NCBI GenBank assembly: GCA_021801605.1 | Contig: JAJYXU010000096.1 | Coordinates: 12,290-76,289, forward strand | Direction of reading: 5' to 3' | Source: Bacteroidota bacterium | GTDB lineage: Bacteria; Bacteroidota; Ignavibacteria; Ignavibacteriales; Melioribacteraceae | Length of the DNA: 64,000 nucleotides | In this document: positions 43,912-52,842 of the stretch, in pieces | How the letters are laid out: every line of letters starts with the position of its first letter | Position numbering within the stretch: position 1 is the first letter of the stretch | Notes under the pieces: model-generated | What the model saw: the letters and a program-made list of their open reading frames with translations, nothing else | The model's database searches: none | Told to the model about the DNA's origin: nothing | Made by a program: the position numbers and the translations under genes

Positions 43912-44307
43912 ATGCATACTACCGATCCGATTGCGGATTTTTTAACGCGAATTAGAAATGCTGTTAAAGCAAAAAAGAAATTTGTTGATATCCCTTCTTC
44001 AAAAATGAAGATCAGCTTAGCAGAAATTTTGAAAAATAATAAATTCATTAAAGACTATAATGTTGTTGAAGACGATAAACAAAATGTTCTAAGAGTTCAT
44101 CTTCAATATGTTAACGGCGCTCCTTCAATTACCGGTATCAGAAGAATTTCTACACCGGGCTTGAAAAGATATGTAAGCAAAGAAAAACTTCCGCGAGTGT
44201 TGAACGGACTTGGAATTGCAGTTCTCTCTACACCGAAAGGTTTGTTATCAGATAAACAAGCAAAACGAGAGGCAGTCGGCGGAGAAGTTATCTGCCACGT
44301 TTGGTAA
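43912..44307 (+). CDS. rpsH: 30S ribosomal protein S8
   Basis: DPIADFLTRIRN, STPGLKRY, GGEVIC. Confidence 0.98.
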   Translation: MHTTDPIADFLTRIRNAVKAKKKFVDIPSSKMKISLAEILKNNKFIKDYNVVEDDKQNVLRVHLQYVNGAPSITGIRRISTPGLKRYVSKEKLPRVLNGLGIAVLSTPKGLLSDKQAKREAVGGEVICHVW

Positions 44308-44330
44308 AAAAATTTTAAGAGGAAAAGAAA

Positions 44331-44867
44331 TTGTCACGTATAGGTAAAAAACCAATTCCCATTAAAGATGTAACTATAACCAAAACCGGTGATGCTATTA
44401 AAGTTAAAGGCAAACTCGGCGAACTGGAAATGAAGATACATCCAAACATCAAAGTTGATGTTACTAAAGAAGAAATTGTTGTTACAAGACCAAACGATTT
44501 CAAAGAGAACAGAGCGCTTCATGGATTAACGCGCGCTTTGATCAATAACATGGTTTTAGGTGTTACTGTAGGATATTCAAAATCATTGGACATTGTTGGC
44601 GTTGGTTACAAAGCAGAAGCAAAAGGTGAAGCCGTTTTATTCACTATCGGTTACTCACACCCAATTTTATTTATGCCTCCGGCAGGAATAAAAATTGATG
44701 TCCCGGCTCCAACGCAAGTAAAAATTTCGGGTTATGATAAAGAACTGGTTGGCTTAATTGCAGCAAAGATCAGATCGTTCAGAAAACCAGAACCTTATAA
44801 AGGCAAGGGTATTAAATACTCAAACGAAGTTATTGTTCGTAAAGCAGGCAAGACAGCCGGTAAGTAA
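44331..44867 (+). CDS. rplF: 50S ribosomal protein L6
   Basis: SRIGKKPI, PEPYKGKGI. Confidence 0.98.
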   Translation: MSRIGKKPIPIKDVTITKTGDAIKVKGKLGELEMKIHPNIKVDVTKEEIVVTRPNDFKENRALHGLTRALINNMVLGVTVGYSKSLDIVGVGYKAEAKGEAVLFTIGYSHPILFMPPAGIKIDVPAPTQVKISGYDKELVGLIAAKIRSFRKPEPYKGKGIKYSNEVIVRKAGKTAGK

Positions 44868-44883
44868 TAGGAGAAATTGAAAA

Positions 44884-45249
44884 ATGTTTTTGAGAGACAC
44901 TACACATAGAGCTACAAAGAAAGCAAGAATTCGTAGAAAGATTTCCGGCACTGCTGAACGTCCGCGTCTATCAATTTTTAGAAGCGCTAATAATATGTAT
45001 GCTCAATTAATTGATGATGTGAAAGGAACTACTTTGCTTGAAGCTTCTTCTTTGGCAAAGGAACTTGCTGAAGAATTGAAAGACTCTAAAGGGAAAATTT
45101 CTAAAAGTAAAGCAGTTGGAAAATTGCTGGCAAAGAGAGCAATTGATAAGGGAATTACAACAGCCGTGTTTGATAGAAGCGGTTATCGCTATCATGGCAG
45201 AGTTCAAGCTGTTGCAGAAGGTGCCCGCGAAGGCGGCATGAAATTGTAA
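44884..45249 (+). CDS. rplR: 50S ribosomal protein L18
   Basis: [21 protein letters not shown]. Confidence 0.97.
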   Translation: MFLRDTTHRATKKARIRRKISGTAERPRLSIFRSANNMYAQLIDDVKGTTLLEASSLAKELAEELKDSKGKISKSKAVGKLLAKRAIDKGITTAVFDRSGYRYHGRVQAVAEGAREGGMKL

Positions 45250-45253
45250 GGAT

Positions 45254-45327
45254 TGCCGGGTCGTCTAATGGCAGGACAACGCCCTTTGGAGGCGTCTGTA
45301 GAGGTTCGACTCCTCTCCCGGCAGCCA
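45254..45327 (+). tRNA. tRNA-Gln(TTG) with encoded CCA, inside the spc operon
   Basis: Acceptor TGCCGGG/CCCGGCA, anticodon arm ACGCC-ctTTGga-GGCGT, T arm AGAGG-TTCGACT-CCTCT, G73-CCA. Confidence 0.95.
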
Positions 45328-45382
45328 GAAAATTAGACGATTCAAAAAAGATTATATAAGCTAGTTAACAAGGGAGTTAAAA

Positions 45383-45895
45383 TTGAATTTCAAGTACAAA
45401 AAAGTATCGGGTCTTGAGAATCTTAAAGAAAAAATTGTTCACATTAACAGAGTTGCTAAAGTTGTTAAAGGTGGTAGAAGATTCAGCTTTAATGCAATTG
45501 TTGTAGTGGGAGATTCAAATGGTCACGTTGGTGTTGGTCTTGGTAAAGCAAACGAAGTTACCGATGCAATTTCGAAAGGCATAGACGACGCTAAGAAAAA
45601 CGTTTATAGAGTTTCAATCATCAAAGGAACTATTCCTCATGCAATCACTGGAAAGTTTGGCGCCGGATCGGTTTTATTGAAACCGGCAACACCCGGTACC
45701 GGTTTGATTGCTGGCGGTGGAGTTCGTGCTGTGCTCGAAGCTGCAGGAGTTCAAGATATTCTGACCAAGTCACTCGGTTCAAGCAATCCGCATAATCAAG
45801 TTAAAGCAACTTTAGATGCGTTGTTAAATCTTGTTGATGCAAGAACTATGGCGCGTAAACGCGGATTAAAAGTAACTGAGTTATTCAATCTGTAA
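45383..45895 (+). CDS. rpsE: 30S ribosomal protein S5
   Basis: [22 protein letters not shown]. Confidence 0.98.
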   Translation: MNFKYKKVSGLENLKEKIVHINRVAKVVKGGRRFSFNAIVVVGDSNGHVGVGLGKANEVTDAISKGIDDAKKNVYRVSIIKGTIPHAITGKFGAGSVLLKPATPGTGLIAGGGVRAVLEAAGVQDILTKSLGSSNPHNQVKATLDALLNLVDARTMARKRGLKVTELFNL

Positions 45896-45905
45896 TTTTG
45901 AGGTT

Positions 45906-46097
45906 ATGATGGTAAAGAAAATAAAAATTATTCAAACAGGAAGTGTTATAGATCGCCCCGTTCCCCAAAAGAGAACAATTGAAGCGTTAGGTCTTGCCAG
46001 ACCAAATCATTTTGTAATAAAGAATGATACGCCTCAAATTAGAGGAATGATTAAAAAAGTACACCATCTTGTAAAAGTCGAAGAAATTGAAGCGTAA
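45906..46097 (+). CDS. rpmD: 50S ribosomal protein L30
   Basis: ALGL, TPQIRGMIKKV.HLV. Confidence 0.95.
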   Translation: MMVKKIKIIQTGSVIDRPVPQKRTIEALGLARPNHFVIKNDTPQIRGMIKKVHHLVKVEEIEA

Positions 46098-46105
46098 GGT
46101 GATAA

Positions 46106-46570
46106 ATGAATATTCTAAGTAATCTGAAACCTGCAAAAGGTTCGAACAAAAAAGTAAAAAGAATTGGTCGCGGCGAAGGTTCCGGTCATGGCGGAACAGC
46201 AACACGCGGAGAGAATGGTCAACGTTCACGTGCAGGCGCTAAATTTCCTGCATGGTTTGAGGGTGGTCAAATGCCGCTTCAAAGAAGAATTCCAAAGAGA
46301 GGATTTCACAGCCCATTCAAAATTGTTAATCAGGTAATTAATCTTACAACTTTGCAGAGATTAGTTGATGAGAAGAAAATTCAGGATGGTGAAGTAAACG
46401 CTGTTTCTTTATACAAGAGCGGTGCAATTTCCAAAGCAGCAGCTCCGTATAAAATTCTTGCTCAGGGTGAGTTAAAAGCAAAATTAAATATCGAAGCGAA
46501 TTATTTTAGCGCAACGGCTAAAGAAAAAATTGAATCGGTCGGTGGAACCATCAAAGAGATTAAATTCTAA
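46106..46570 (+). CDS. rplO: 50S ribosomal protein L15
   Basis: GRGEGSGHG, FEGGQMPLQRRIPKRGF. Confidence 0.98.
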   Translation: MNILSNLKPAKGSNKKVKRIGRGEGSGHGGTATRGENGQRSRAGAKFPAWFEGGQMPLQRRIPKRGFHSPFKIVNQVINLTTLQRLVDEKKIQDGEVNAVSLYKSGAISKAAAPYKILAQGELKAKLNIEANYFSATAKEKIESVGGTIKEIKF

Positions 46571-47907
46571 TGGCTAAATTTCAAGAAACATTCCGGAATA
46601 TTTTTAAGATTCATGAATTACGCCAGAGAATAATTTACACTTTAGCTCTGCTCGTAATTGTAAGAATTGGAACTCACATCACCCTGCCGGGCATTGATAC
46701 TTCGCTACTGCATGAGGCAACTAAAAATCAATCCACCGATAATTTATTCGGTCTATATGATTTATTTGTTGGCGGTGCATTTTCTAATGCGGCAGTACTC
46801 GCACTTGGAATTATGCCTTATATATCGGCATCTATTATTTTACAGATTGCCGGTGCGGTAATTCCGTATTTTCAAAAGCTTCAGCGAGAGGGTGAAGAGG
46901 GAAGAAAAAAATTAACACAACTCACACGTTATGGAACGGTTATAATTTCTGCTTTTCAGGCATGGGGTGTTACAATTCACCTTTTGAGCATTCATTCTAA
47001 TAATGCACCAATAGTTCCAGAAGCTGTACGGGGCGTTCTCTGGACTTTATCAGCGGTTGTAATTCTTGTTGCCGGAACTATGTTCATTATGTGGATGGGC
47101 GAGCAAATTACCGAAAAAGGAATTGGAAACGGTATTTCACTCATAATTTTTATCGGCATCATCAACCGTTTTCCTTTTGCATTACTTGATGAATACAGAT
47201 TAATTGCAAGCGGTCAGCGCAATATTGTTATTGAAGTTGTTATTCTTGCATTCATGGTTTTAATTATTGCAGGGGTTGTTCTTGTTACGCAAGGAACAAG
47301 GAGAATTCCGGTTCAATATGCAAAAAGAGTTGTTGGCAGAAAAGTTTACGGCGGAGTTACTCAATACATTCCTTTAAAAGTTAATACTGCCGGAGTTATG
47401 CCGATTATATTTGCTCAATCAATTATGTTTATACCGGCAACATTGTTCTCGTTTTTCCCGAATAATGAATTCATTGCATCTGTTGCTCAATATTTTACAC
47501 CAAGAAGTTTAACGTACTCGTTCTTTTATGCTTTGATGATCATCTTCTTTACTTATTTCTACACAGCAATTGCATTCAATCCGCAAGATGTTGCAGAAAA
47601 TATGAAGAAGCAGGGCGGCTTTATTCCAGGTATTCGTCCCGGTAAACAAACCGCAGATTTTGTTGATAATATTTTAACCAAGATTACATTACCAGGCTCA
47701 GTATTTTTAGCTATCATTGCAATATTACCAACATTTATTATGAGGTTCGGAGTTTCACAAAGCTTTGGATCTTTCTTTGGTGGTACAAGTCTATTAATTA
47801 TTGTAGGCGTTGCATTAGATACTTTACAGCAAGTTGAATCTCATCTACTGATGAGGCATTACGATGGATTCATGAAATCCGGAAAACTAAAAGGAAGAAG
47901 ATTCTAG
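46570..47907 (+). CDS. secY: Preprotein translocase subunit SecY
   Basis: LGIMPYISASII, GIGNGISLII, PGIRPG. Confidence 0.98.
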   Translation: MAKFQETFRNIFKIHELRQRIIYTLALLVIVRIGTHITLPGIDTSLLHEATKNQSTDNLFGLYDLFVGGAFSNAAVLALGIMPYISASIILQIAGAVIPYFQKLQREGEEGRKKLTQLTRYGTVIISAFQAWGVTIHLLSIHSNNAPIVPEAVRGVLWTLSAVVILVAGTMFIMWMGEQITEKGIGNGISLIIFIGIINRFPFALLDEYRLIASGQRNIVIEVVILAFMVLIIAGVVLVTQGTRRIPVQYAKRVVGRKVYGGVTQYIPLKVNTAGVMPIIFAQSIMFIPATLFSFFPNNEFIASVAQYFTPRSLTYSFFYALMIIFFTYFYTAIAFNPQDVAENMKKQGGFIPGIRPGKQTADFVDNILTKITLPGSVFLAIIAILPTFIMRFGVSQSFGSFFGGTSLLIIVGVALDTLQQVESHLLMRHYDGFMKSGKLKGRRF

Positions 47908-47915
47908 ATTAGATA

Positions 47916-48680
47916 GTGATATTAATAAAAAACAAACGCGAAATAGATTACATTCGTGAAAGCTGCAAAATAGTAGCAGAGACATTACAATTAGTGAAGC
48001 GTAACGTCAGAATTGGCGTAACGACACAGGAACTGGATAAAATTGCCGAAGATTATATTTTAAGCAATAACGCTCGTCCCGCATTCAAAGGTTATTCGCA
48101 AGCGGGCTCGCTCGATTTTCCAGGCTCAATTTGTTCTTCAATTGATAATGAAGTTGTTCACGGTATTCCCGGCAACAGAGTTTTGGAAGAAGGCGAAATT
48201 TTATCTATTGATATTGGTGTCGAAAAAAATGGATATTTTGGAGACGCGGCTCTTTCGATAGCAGTTGGGAAAATTTCCGACGAAAAACAGAAACTGATGG
48301 ATATAACTGAGAAATCTTTGTATCTCGGTATTGATCAGGCTGTAGAAAAAAATCGAATTGGCGATATTGCAAACGCAATTCAAACTTATGTTGAGAAAAA
48401 CGGATTTTCGGTTGTGCGGGATTTATGCGGGCATGGAGTTGGAAAACATCTTCATGAAGATCCTCAAATTCCAAACTATGGAAAAAAAGGAAGCGGGGCT
48501 GTTCTTAAAAACGGAATGACATTAGCTTTGGAACCGATGGTTAACATGGGCTCTTATAAAGTTGTTGTTGCTGAAGATGGATGGACTGTATTAACAGCAG
48601 ACGGGAAACCTTCGGCACATTTTGAACATACAATTTCAATTATTGATGGTAAACCAGAAATTTTAACGAAGTGTGAATAG
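47916..48680 (+). CDS. map: Type I methionine aminopeptidase
   Basis: VVHGIP, GHGVG..LHEDP, EPM, SAHFEHT. Confidence 0.97.
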   Translation: MILIKNKREIDYIRESCKIVAETLQLVKRNVRIGVTTQELDKIAEDYILSNNARPAFKGYSQAGSLDFPGSICSSIDNEVVHGIPGNRVLEEGEILSIDIGVEKNGYFGDAALSIAVGKISDEKQKLMDITEKSLYLGIDQAVEKNRIGDIANAIQTYVEKNGFSVVRDLCGHGVGKHLHEDPQIPNYGKKGSGAVLKNGMTLALEPMVNMGSYKVVVAEDGWTVLTADGKPSAHFEHTISIIDGKPEILTKCE

Positions 48681-48686
48681 AGATAG

Positions 48687-48905
48687 ATGGCGAAACAAGG
48701 ACCGATAAAAGTTGACGGAGTTGTAACCGACACATTGCCAAATGCACATTTTAAAGTCCGTCTTGATAACGGTCATGAAATTTTAGCACATATATCCGGT
48801 AAAATGAGAATGCACTTCATAAAAATTTTGGTTGGCGATAAAGTAGCAATAGAACTTTCGCCGTACGATTTGAATAAAGGTAGAATTACATACAGATATA
48901 AATAA
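48687..48905 (+). CDS. infA: Translation initiation factor IF-1
   Basis: LPNAHF, HISGKMR, SPYDL.KGRI. Confidence 0.98.
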   Translation: MAKQGPIKVDGVVTDTLPNAHFKVRLDNGHEILAHISGKMRMHFIKILVGDKVAIELSPYDLNKGRITYRYK

Positions 48906-48920
48906 CGGAGAAGAAATAAA

Positions 48921-49034
48921 ATGAAGGTCCGCTCATCTGTTCGCAAGATTTGTGAGAACTGTAAGATCATTAAAAGAAAAGGGGTTGTAAGAGTGATCTG
49001 CAAAAACCCTAAACACAAACAAAGACAAGGTTAA
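48921..49034 (+). CDS. rpmJ: 50S ribosomal protein L36 (zinc-ribbon type)
   Basis: Manual translation [37 protein letters not shown]. Confidence 0.97.
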   Translation: MKVRSSVRKICENCKIIKRKGVVRVICKNPKHKQRQG

Positions 49035-49052
49035 ACTTAGGAGGTTATAGAT

Positions 49053-49436
49053 TTGGCTCGTTTAGCTGGTGTTGATTTACCAAAAAATAAAAAAGCTTAC
49101 ATCGGGTTGACCTACATTTTTGGCATCGGTGATAAATCTTCTATGGAGATTCTTACCAAAGCCGGTGTAAATCCCGATAAAAAAGTTTCTGATCTGACCG
49201 AAGAAGAAATTGCAAAAATCCGTTCTGTAATGACTTCTGAGTATAGGGTTGAAGGTGCGCTTAGAAGCGAAGTCCAACAAAACATTAAGAGATTAATGGA
49301 TATTGGTTCTTATCGTGGTATTCGTCACAGAAGAGGCTTGCCTGTTCGCGGTCAACGTACTAGAACAAATTCTAGAACTCGTAAAGGTAAACGTAGAACT
49401 GTTGCCGGTAAAAAGAAAACTCCGGCTAAGAAGTAA
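49053..49436 (+). CDS. rpsM: 30S ribosomal protein S13
   Basis: [20 protein letters not shown]. Confidence 0.98.
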   Translation: MARLAGVDLPKNKKAYIGLTYIFGIGDKSSMEILTKAGVNPDKKVSDLTEEEIAKIRSVMTSEYRVEGALRSEVQQNIKRLMDIGSYRGIRHRRGLPVRGQRTRTNSRTRKGKRRTVAGKKKTPAKK

Positions 49437-49462
49437 TTAATAATTTTTTTTGAGGAGTAAAA

Positions 49463-49849
49463 TTGGCAAAAGTTGTAAAAAAGACTAAAAAGAAAGTTCA
49501 CGTTGATGCTGTTGGCGTGGCTCATATTAAAGCCTCATTCAATAACGTGTTGGTTACGCTAACTGATATTTACGGAAATACAATTTCTTGGTCCTCAGCC
49601 GGTAAAAACGGTTTCAAAGGTTCAAGAAAAAATACTCCGTTTGCTGCTCAGGTTACAGCAGAAGCTGCTGCTAAAGAAGCGCACGATTTAGGATTGAGAA
49701 AAGTTGATGTGTTCGTAAAAGGACCCGGATCCGGACGAGAAGCAGCAATTAGAGCATTGAGTACTGCAGGATTGGATATTCTTTCAATTAAAGATCAGAC
49801 TCCAATACCGCATAACGGATGCCGACCACCAAAACGAAGAAGAGTTTAA
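49463..49849 (+). CDS. rpsK: 30S ribosomal protein S11
   Basis: [21 protein letters not shown]. Confidence 0.98.
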   Translation: MAKVVKKTKKKVHVDAVGVAHIKASFNNVLVTLTDIYGNTISWSSAGKNGFKGSRKNTPFAAQVTAEAAAKEAHDLGLRKVDVFVKGPGSGREAAIRALSTAGLDILSIKDQTPIPHNGCRPPKRRRV

Positions 49850-49864
49850 TAGGAGAAACTTTAG

Positions 49865-50491
49865 ATGGCAAGATACACCGGTCCCAGTTGCAAATTATGC
49901 AGAAGGGAAAAACAGAAGTTATTTTTAAAAGGAACTAAATGTTTATCGGAAAAATGTCCGCTCGAACAAAAAAATTACGCTCCGGGTCAACATGGTTTAA
50001 CTCGCAGAGCAAAATTTTCTGAGTACGGCGTACAGCTAAGAGAAAAACAAAAGGTTAAGAGAATTTACGGATTAATGGAAACTCAGTTCCATAATATTTT
50101 TGAAACAGCTAACCGCCAGAAAGGTATTACCGGCGGTAACTTGATTAAGCTACTTGAAAGAAGATTGGACAATGTTGTATTTCGTCTTGGATTTGCGCCC
50201 TCTAGAAAATCAGCTCGTCAATTAGTTCTTCATGGACATTTCTGGGTAAACGGAAAGACTGTTGACATTCCATCTTATACTCTCGCACCCGGAGATTTAA
50301 TTTCTGTACGCGATAAGAGTAAAAAGCTGGATGCAATTCATAATTCCTTAAGAAGAACAAAAGACAACGTTTACAATTGGTTGTCTGTAGATAAAGCAAC
50401 TTTATCCGGCACTTTCTTAAATGTTCCGGAAAGAGAAGACATTCCATTGAATGCTAACGAACAATTAATTGTTGAGTTGTATTCTAAGTAA
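49865..50491 (+). CDS. rpsD: 30S ribosomal protein S4
   Basis: [24 protein letters not shown]. Confidence 0.98.
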   Translation: MARYTGPSCKLCRREKQKLFLKGTKCLSEKCPLEQKNYAPGQHGLTRRAKFSEYGVQLREKQKVKRIYGLMETQFHNIFETANRQKGITGGNLIKLLERRLDNVVFRLGFAPSRKSARQLVLHGHFWVNGKTVDIPSYTLAPGDLISVRDKSKKLDAIHNSLRRTKDNVYNWLSVDKATLSGTFLNVPEREDIPLNANEQLIVELYSK

Positions 50492-50517
50492 TTAATAAAA
50501 ATTAAAGAGGATACTAA

Positions 50518-51513
50518 ATGAGCTATCCATTTATAAAAATGCCAGATGGCGTTGTTCTCGATGAATCATCATCTAAAGAGAATTTTGGAAGATTTATAGT
50601 TCAACCTCTCGAAAGAGGTTTTGGCGTTACACTGGGCAATGCCCTTAGAAGAGTATTATTGTCATCCTTAACCGGTGCTGCAATTAATGCTGTTAAAATT
50701 GAAGGCGTTCTTCATGAATTTTCTACCATACCAGGTGTGGTTGAAGACGTTACCGAACTTATTCTTAACTTGAAACAAGTTAGAATGAGAATTGTGAACA
50801 AGAAAACTACCGGCTGCGAAATTTCTCTCAGCGGTTCAAAAGAATTTAAAGCCGGCGATATCCAAAAATATTGCCCGGATATAGAAATCTTAAATCCGGA
50901 TCTTCATATTGCAAGATTGAATTCTGATGCAAAGTTGAACATGGAATTACGGTTTGGAATTGGCAAAGGATATGTCCCTTCATTAGAGCAGAAAATTCTT
51001 GAAATGACTATTGGAACCATTCCTATTGATTCGATTTATACACCGATTGTCAATTGCCGCTACGATGTAGAAAACGTTCGTATAGGCGAAAAGAATGATT
51101 TTGAAAAACTTTCGTTCGAAATTCAAACTGATGGTTCTATAACTCCCGAAGAAGCTCTTTCAAGTTCTGCAAAAATTTTGAAAGATCACATCCAGATGTT
51201 CATCAACTTTGATGCGGAACCCGAAGAAGAAAAAGTTGAAAATGAAAAAGATGTTGAAGCAGAGAGAATCAAAAAGATTTTATTGACAAGTGTTGATGAT
51301 CTCGAATTGAGTGTTCGTTCTCATAACTGCTTGAAAGCCGCAAACATTAAAAATTTATCTGATCTTGTTAGGAAAGATGAAAGCGAAATGCTGAAGTTCA
51401 GAAACTTCGGAAGAAAATCTTTAGCCGAATTGATTGAGATCGTTGATAATCACGGACTCGAGTTCGGTATGGACGTTGATAAATACATAAAAGATAAACC
51501 AGAAAACAATTAG
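50518..51513 (+). CDS. rpoA: RNA polymerase alpha subunit
   Basis: PLERGFGVTLGNALRR, LSVRSHNCL, NFGRKSL. Confidence 0.98.
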   Translation: MSYPFIKMPDGVVLDESSSKENFGRFIVQPLERGFGVTLGNALRRVLLSSLTGAAINAVKIEGVLHEFSTIPGVVEDVTELILNLKQVRMRIVNKKTTGCEISLSGSKEFKAGDIQKYCPDIEILNPDLHIARLNSDAKLNMELRFGIGKGYVPSLEQKILEMTIGTIPIDSIYTPIVNCRYDVENVRIGEKNDFEKLSFEIQTDGSITPEEALSSSAKILKDHIQMFINFDAEPEEEKVENEKDVEAERIKKILLTSVDDLELSVRSHNCLKAANIKNLSDLVRKDESEMLKFRNFGRKSLAELIEIVDNHGLEFGMDVDKYIKDKPENN

Positions 51514-51532
51514 TATTCCATAAGGTTGAAGA

Positions 51533-52108
51533 ATGAGACATGGCGTAAGAGGAAGAAAATTAGGAAGAACTGCAAGTCACAGATTAGCTACATTAAAATT
51601 GTTGGCAACATCTTTACTTCAGCATAAAAAAATTAAAACAACCGCAGCAAAAGCCAAAGAGTTGCGTAGATTTGTTGAGCCGATCATTACAAGAGCAAAA
51701 ACTGATTCCGTTCATGCGAGAAGATTAATTGCAGAGAAAATTAATGATAGAGCGGTTCTTTCCGAACTGTTCAGCGATATTGTAACAAAAGTCGGTGATA
51801 GACCAGGCGGCTACACTCGTGTTGTTCATCTTGGACAGAGAAAAGGCGACGGCGCTCACATGGCAATAATCGAGTTGGTTGATTACAGTGGTGTAATTAA
51901 ACCTAAAGCTCCTAAGAAAACAAAGGGCGAAGAAAAACCAACTGAAACTGCAGAAGAGATTAAAGCAGAAGAAAAGAAAGAGAAAAAGGAAAAGGCAGCT
52001 AAGAAAGCGGCTGTTCCAAAACCGAAAAAAGAAAAATCACCAAAAGAAAAAATTACAAAAGAAAAGATCACAAAGACTACAAAGACTCCGCAGAAAAAAG
52101 GCAGTTAA
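51533..52108 (+). CDS. rplQ: 50S ribosomal protein L17 with Lys/Glu-rich C-terminal tail
   Basis: MRHG..GRKLGRT, RPGGYTR. Confidence 0.97.
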   Translation: MRHGVRGRKLGRTASHRLATLKLLATSLLQHKKIKTTAAKAKELRRFVEPIITRAKTDSVHARRLIAEKINDRAVLSELFSDIVTKVGDRPGGYTRVVHLGQRKGDGAHMAIIELVDYSGVIKPKAPKKTKGEEKPTETAEEIKAEEKKEKKEKAAKKAAVPKPKKEKSPKEKITKEKITKTTKTPQKKGS

Positions 52109-52131
52109 TTTTAGGATTATAGATTAATTTG

Positions 52132-52168
52132 AAAAGAGTAATCGGTTTCGGTTACTCTTTTTTATTTT
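52132..52168 (+). terminator. Intrinsic terminator ending the alpha operon
   Basis: AAAAGAGTAATCG-gttt-CGGTTACTCTTTT followed by T tract. Confidence 0.8.
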
Positions 52169-52169
52169 T

Positions 52170-52751
52170 ATGAAAAAAATTGAATTCATCAAACCCGTTT
52201 ACAATCTCAGCGAATTACCAAAGGAAAATTTACCAACGGTTGTCCTATGCGGGCGTTCAAATGTTGGAAAATCTTCATTCATAAATTCAATCTTCAACAC
52301 AAAAATGGCAAAGACCTCGTCATCGCCGGGGAAAACCCGTTCTATAAATTACTATCTCGTTGAAAAAAAATTCTTTATTGTTGATCTACCCGGATTTGGT
52401 TATGCAAAAGTTTCAAAGAGCGAACGCGATGCCTGGCAGCACCTACTCGAAAAATATTTTTCGATGAACAGCAATATTAAACTCGCAATTCACATTATTG
52501 ATAGCAGACATGATCCAATGCAACTTGATATTGAGCTTAATAACTTCCTCCGAACCAAAGACATTCCTTATTTCCTACTAATGAACAAGTCCGACAAGTT
52601 GAAACAAGCCGAGTTGGCTTCTGCCAAAAAGCGTGTAGTGCAATTTTTTCCCGAAATTATACCGGGTGAGAACATGCTTTTCTATTCGGCTATAAAAGGA
52701 ACCGGCAAAAAAGAGATAGTAAAACATCTCTCTACGCTCTTCCTTATATGA
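52170..52751 (+). CDS. engB: Ribosome biogenesis GTPase YihA/YsxC (EngB)
   Basis: GRSNVGKSS, PGKT, DLPGFGYA, NKSDK. Confidence 0.95.
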   Translation: MKKIEFIKPVYNLSELPKENLPTVVLCGRSNVGKSSFINSIFNTKMAKTSSSPGKTRSINYYLVEKKFFIVDLPGFGYAKVSKSERDAWQHLLEKYFSMNSNIKLAIHIIDSRHDPMQLDIELNNFLRTKDIPYFLLMNKSDKLKQAELASAKKRVVQFFPEIIPGENMLFYSAIKGTGKKEIVKHLSTLFLI

Positions 52752-52842
52752 AAATATCTTAAATCTTTCTTATTATTGAATTGGGAGTTGATACTTTTAC
52801 AGCTTCTAACCAAATATTTCTACATAATTTCTAAGAAGGACG

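Noticed and set aside
47907..47916. No adk between secY and map; no murB or ddl in dcw
   Set aside because: Common lineage-level gene-order variation
21646..52071. Minus-strand ORFs within rpo and ribosomal protein operons
   Set aside because: Antisense shadows of conserved genes
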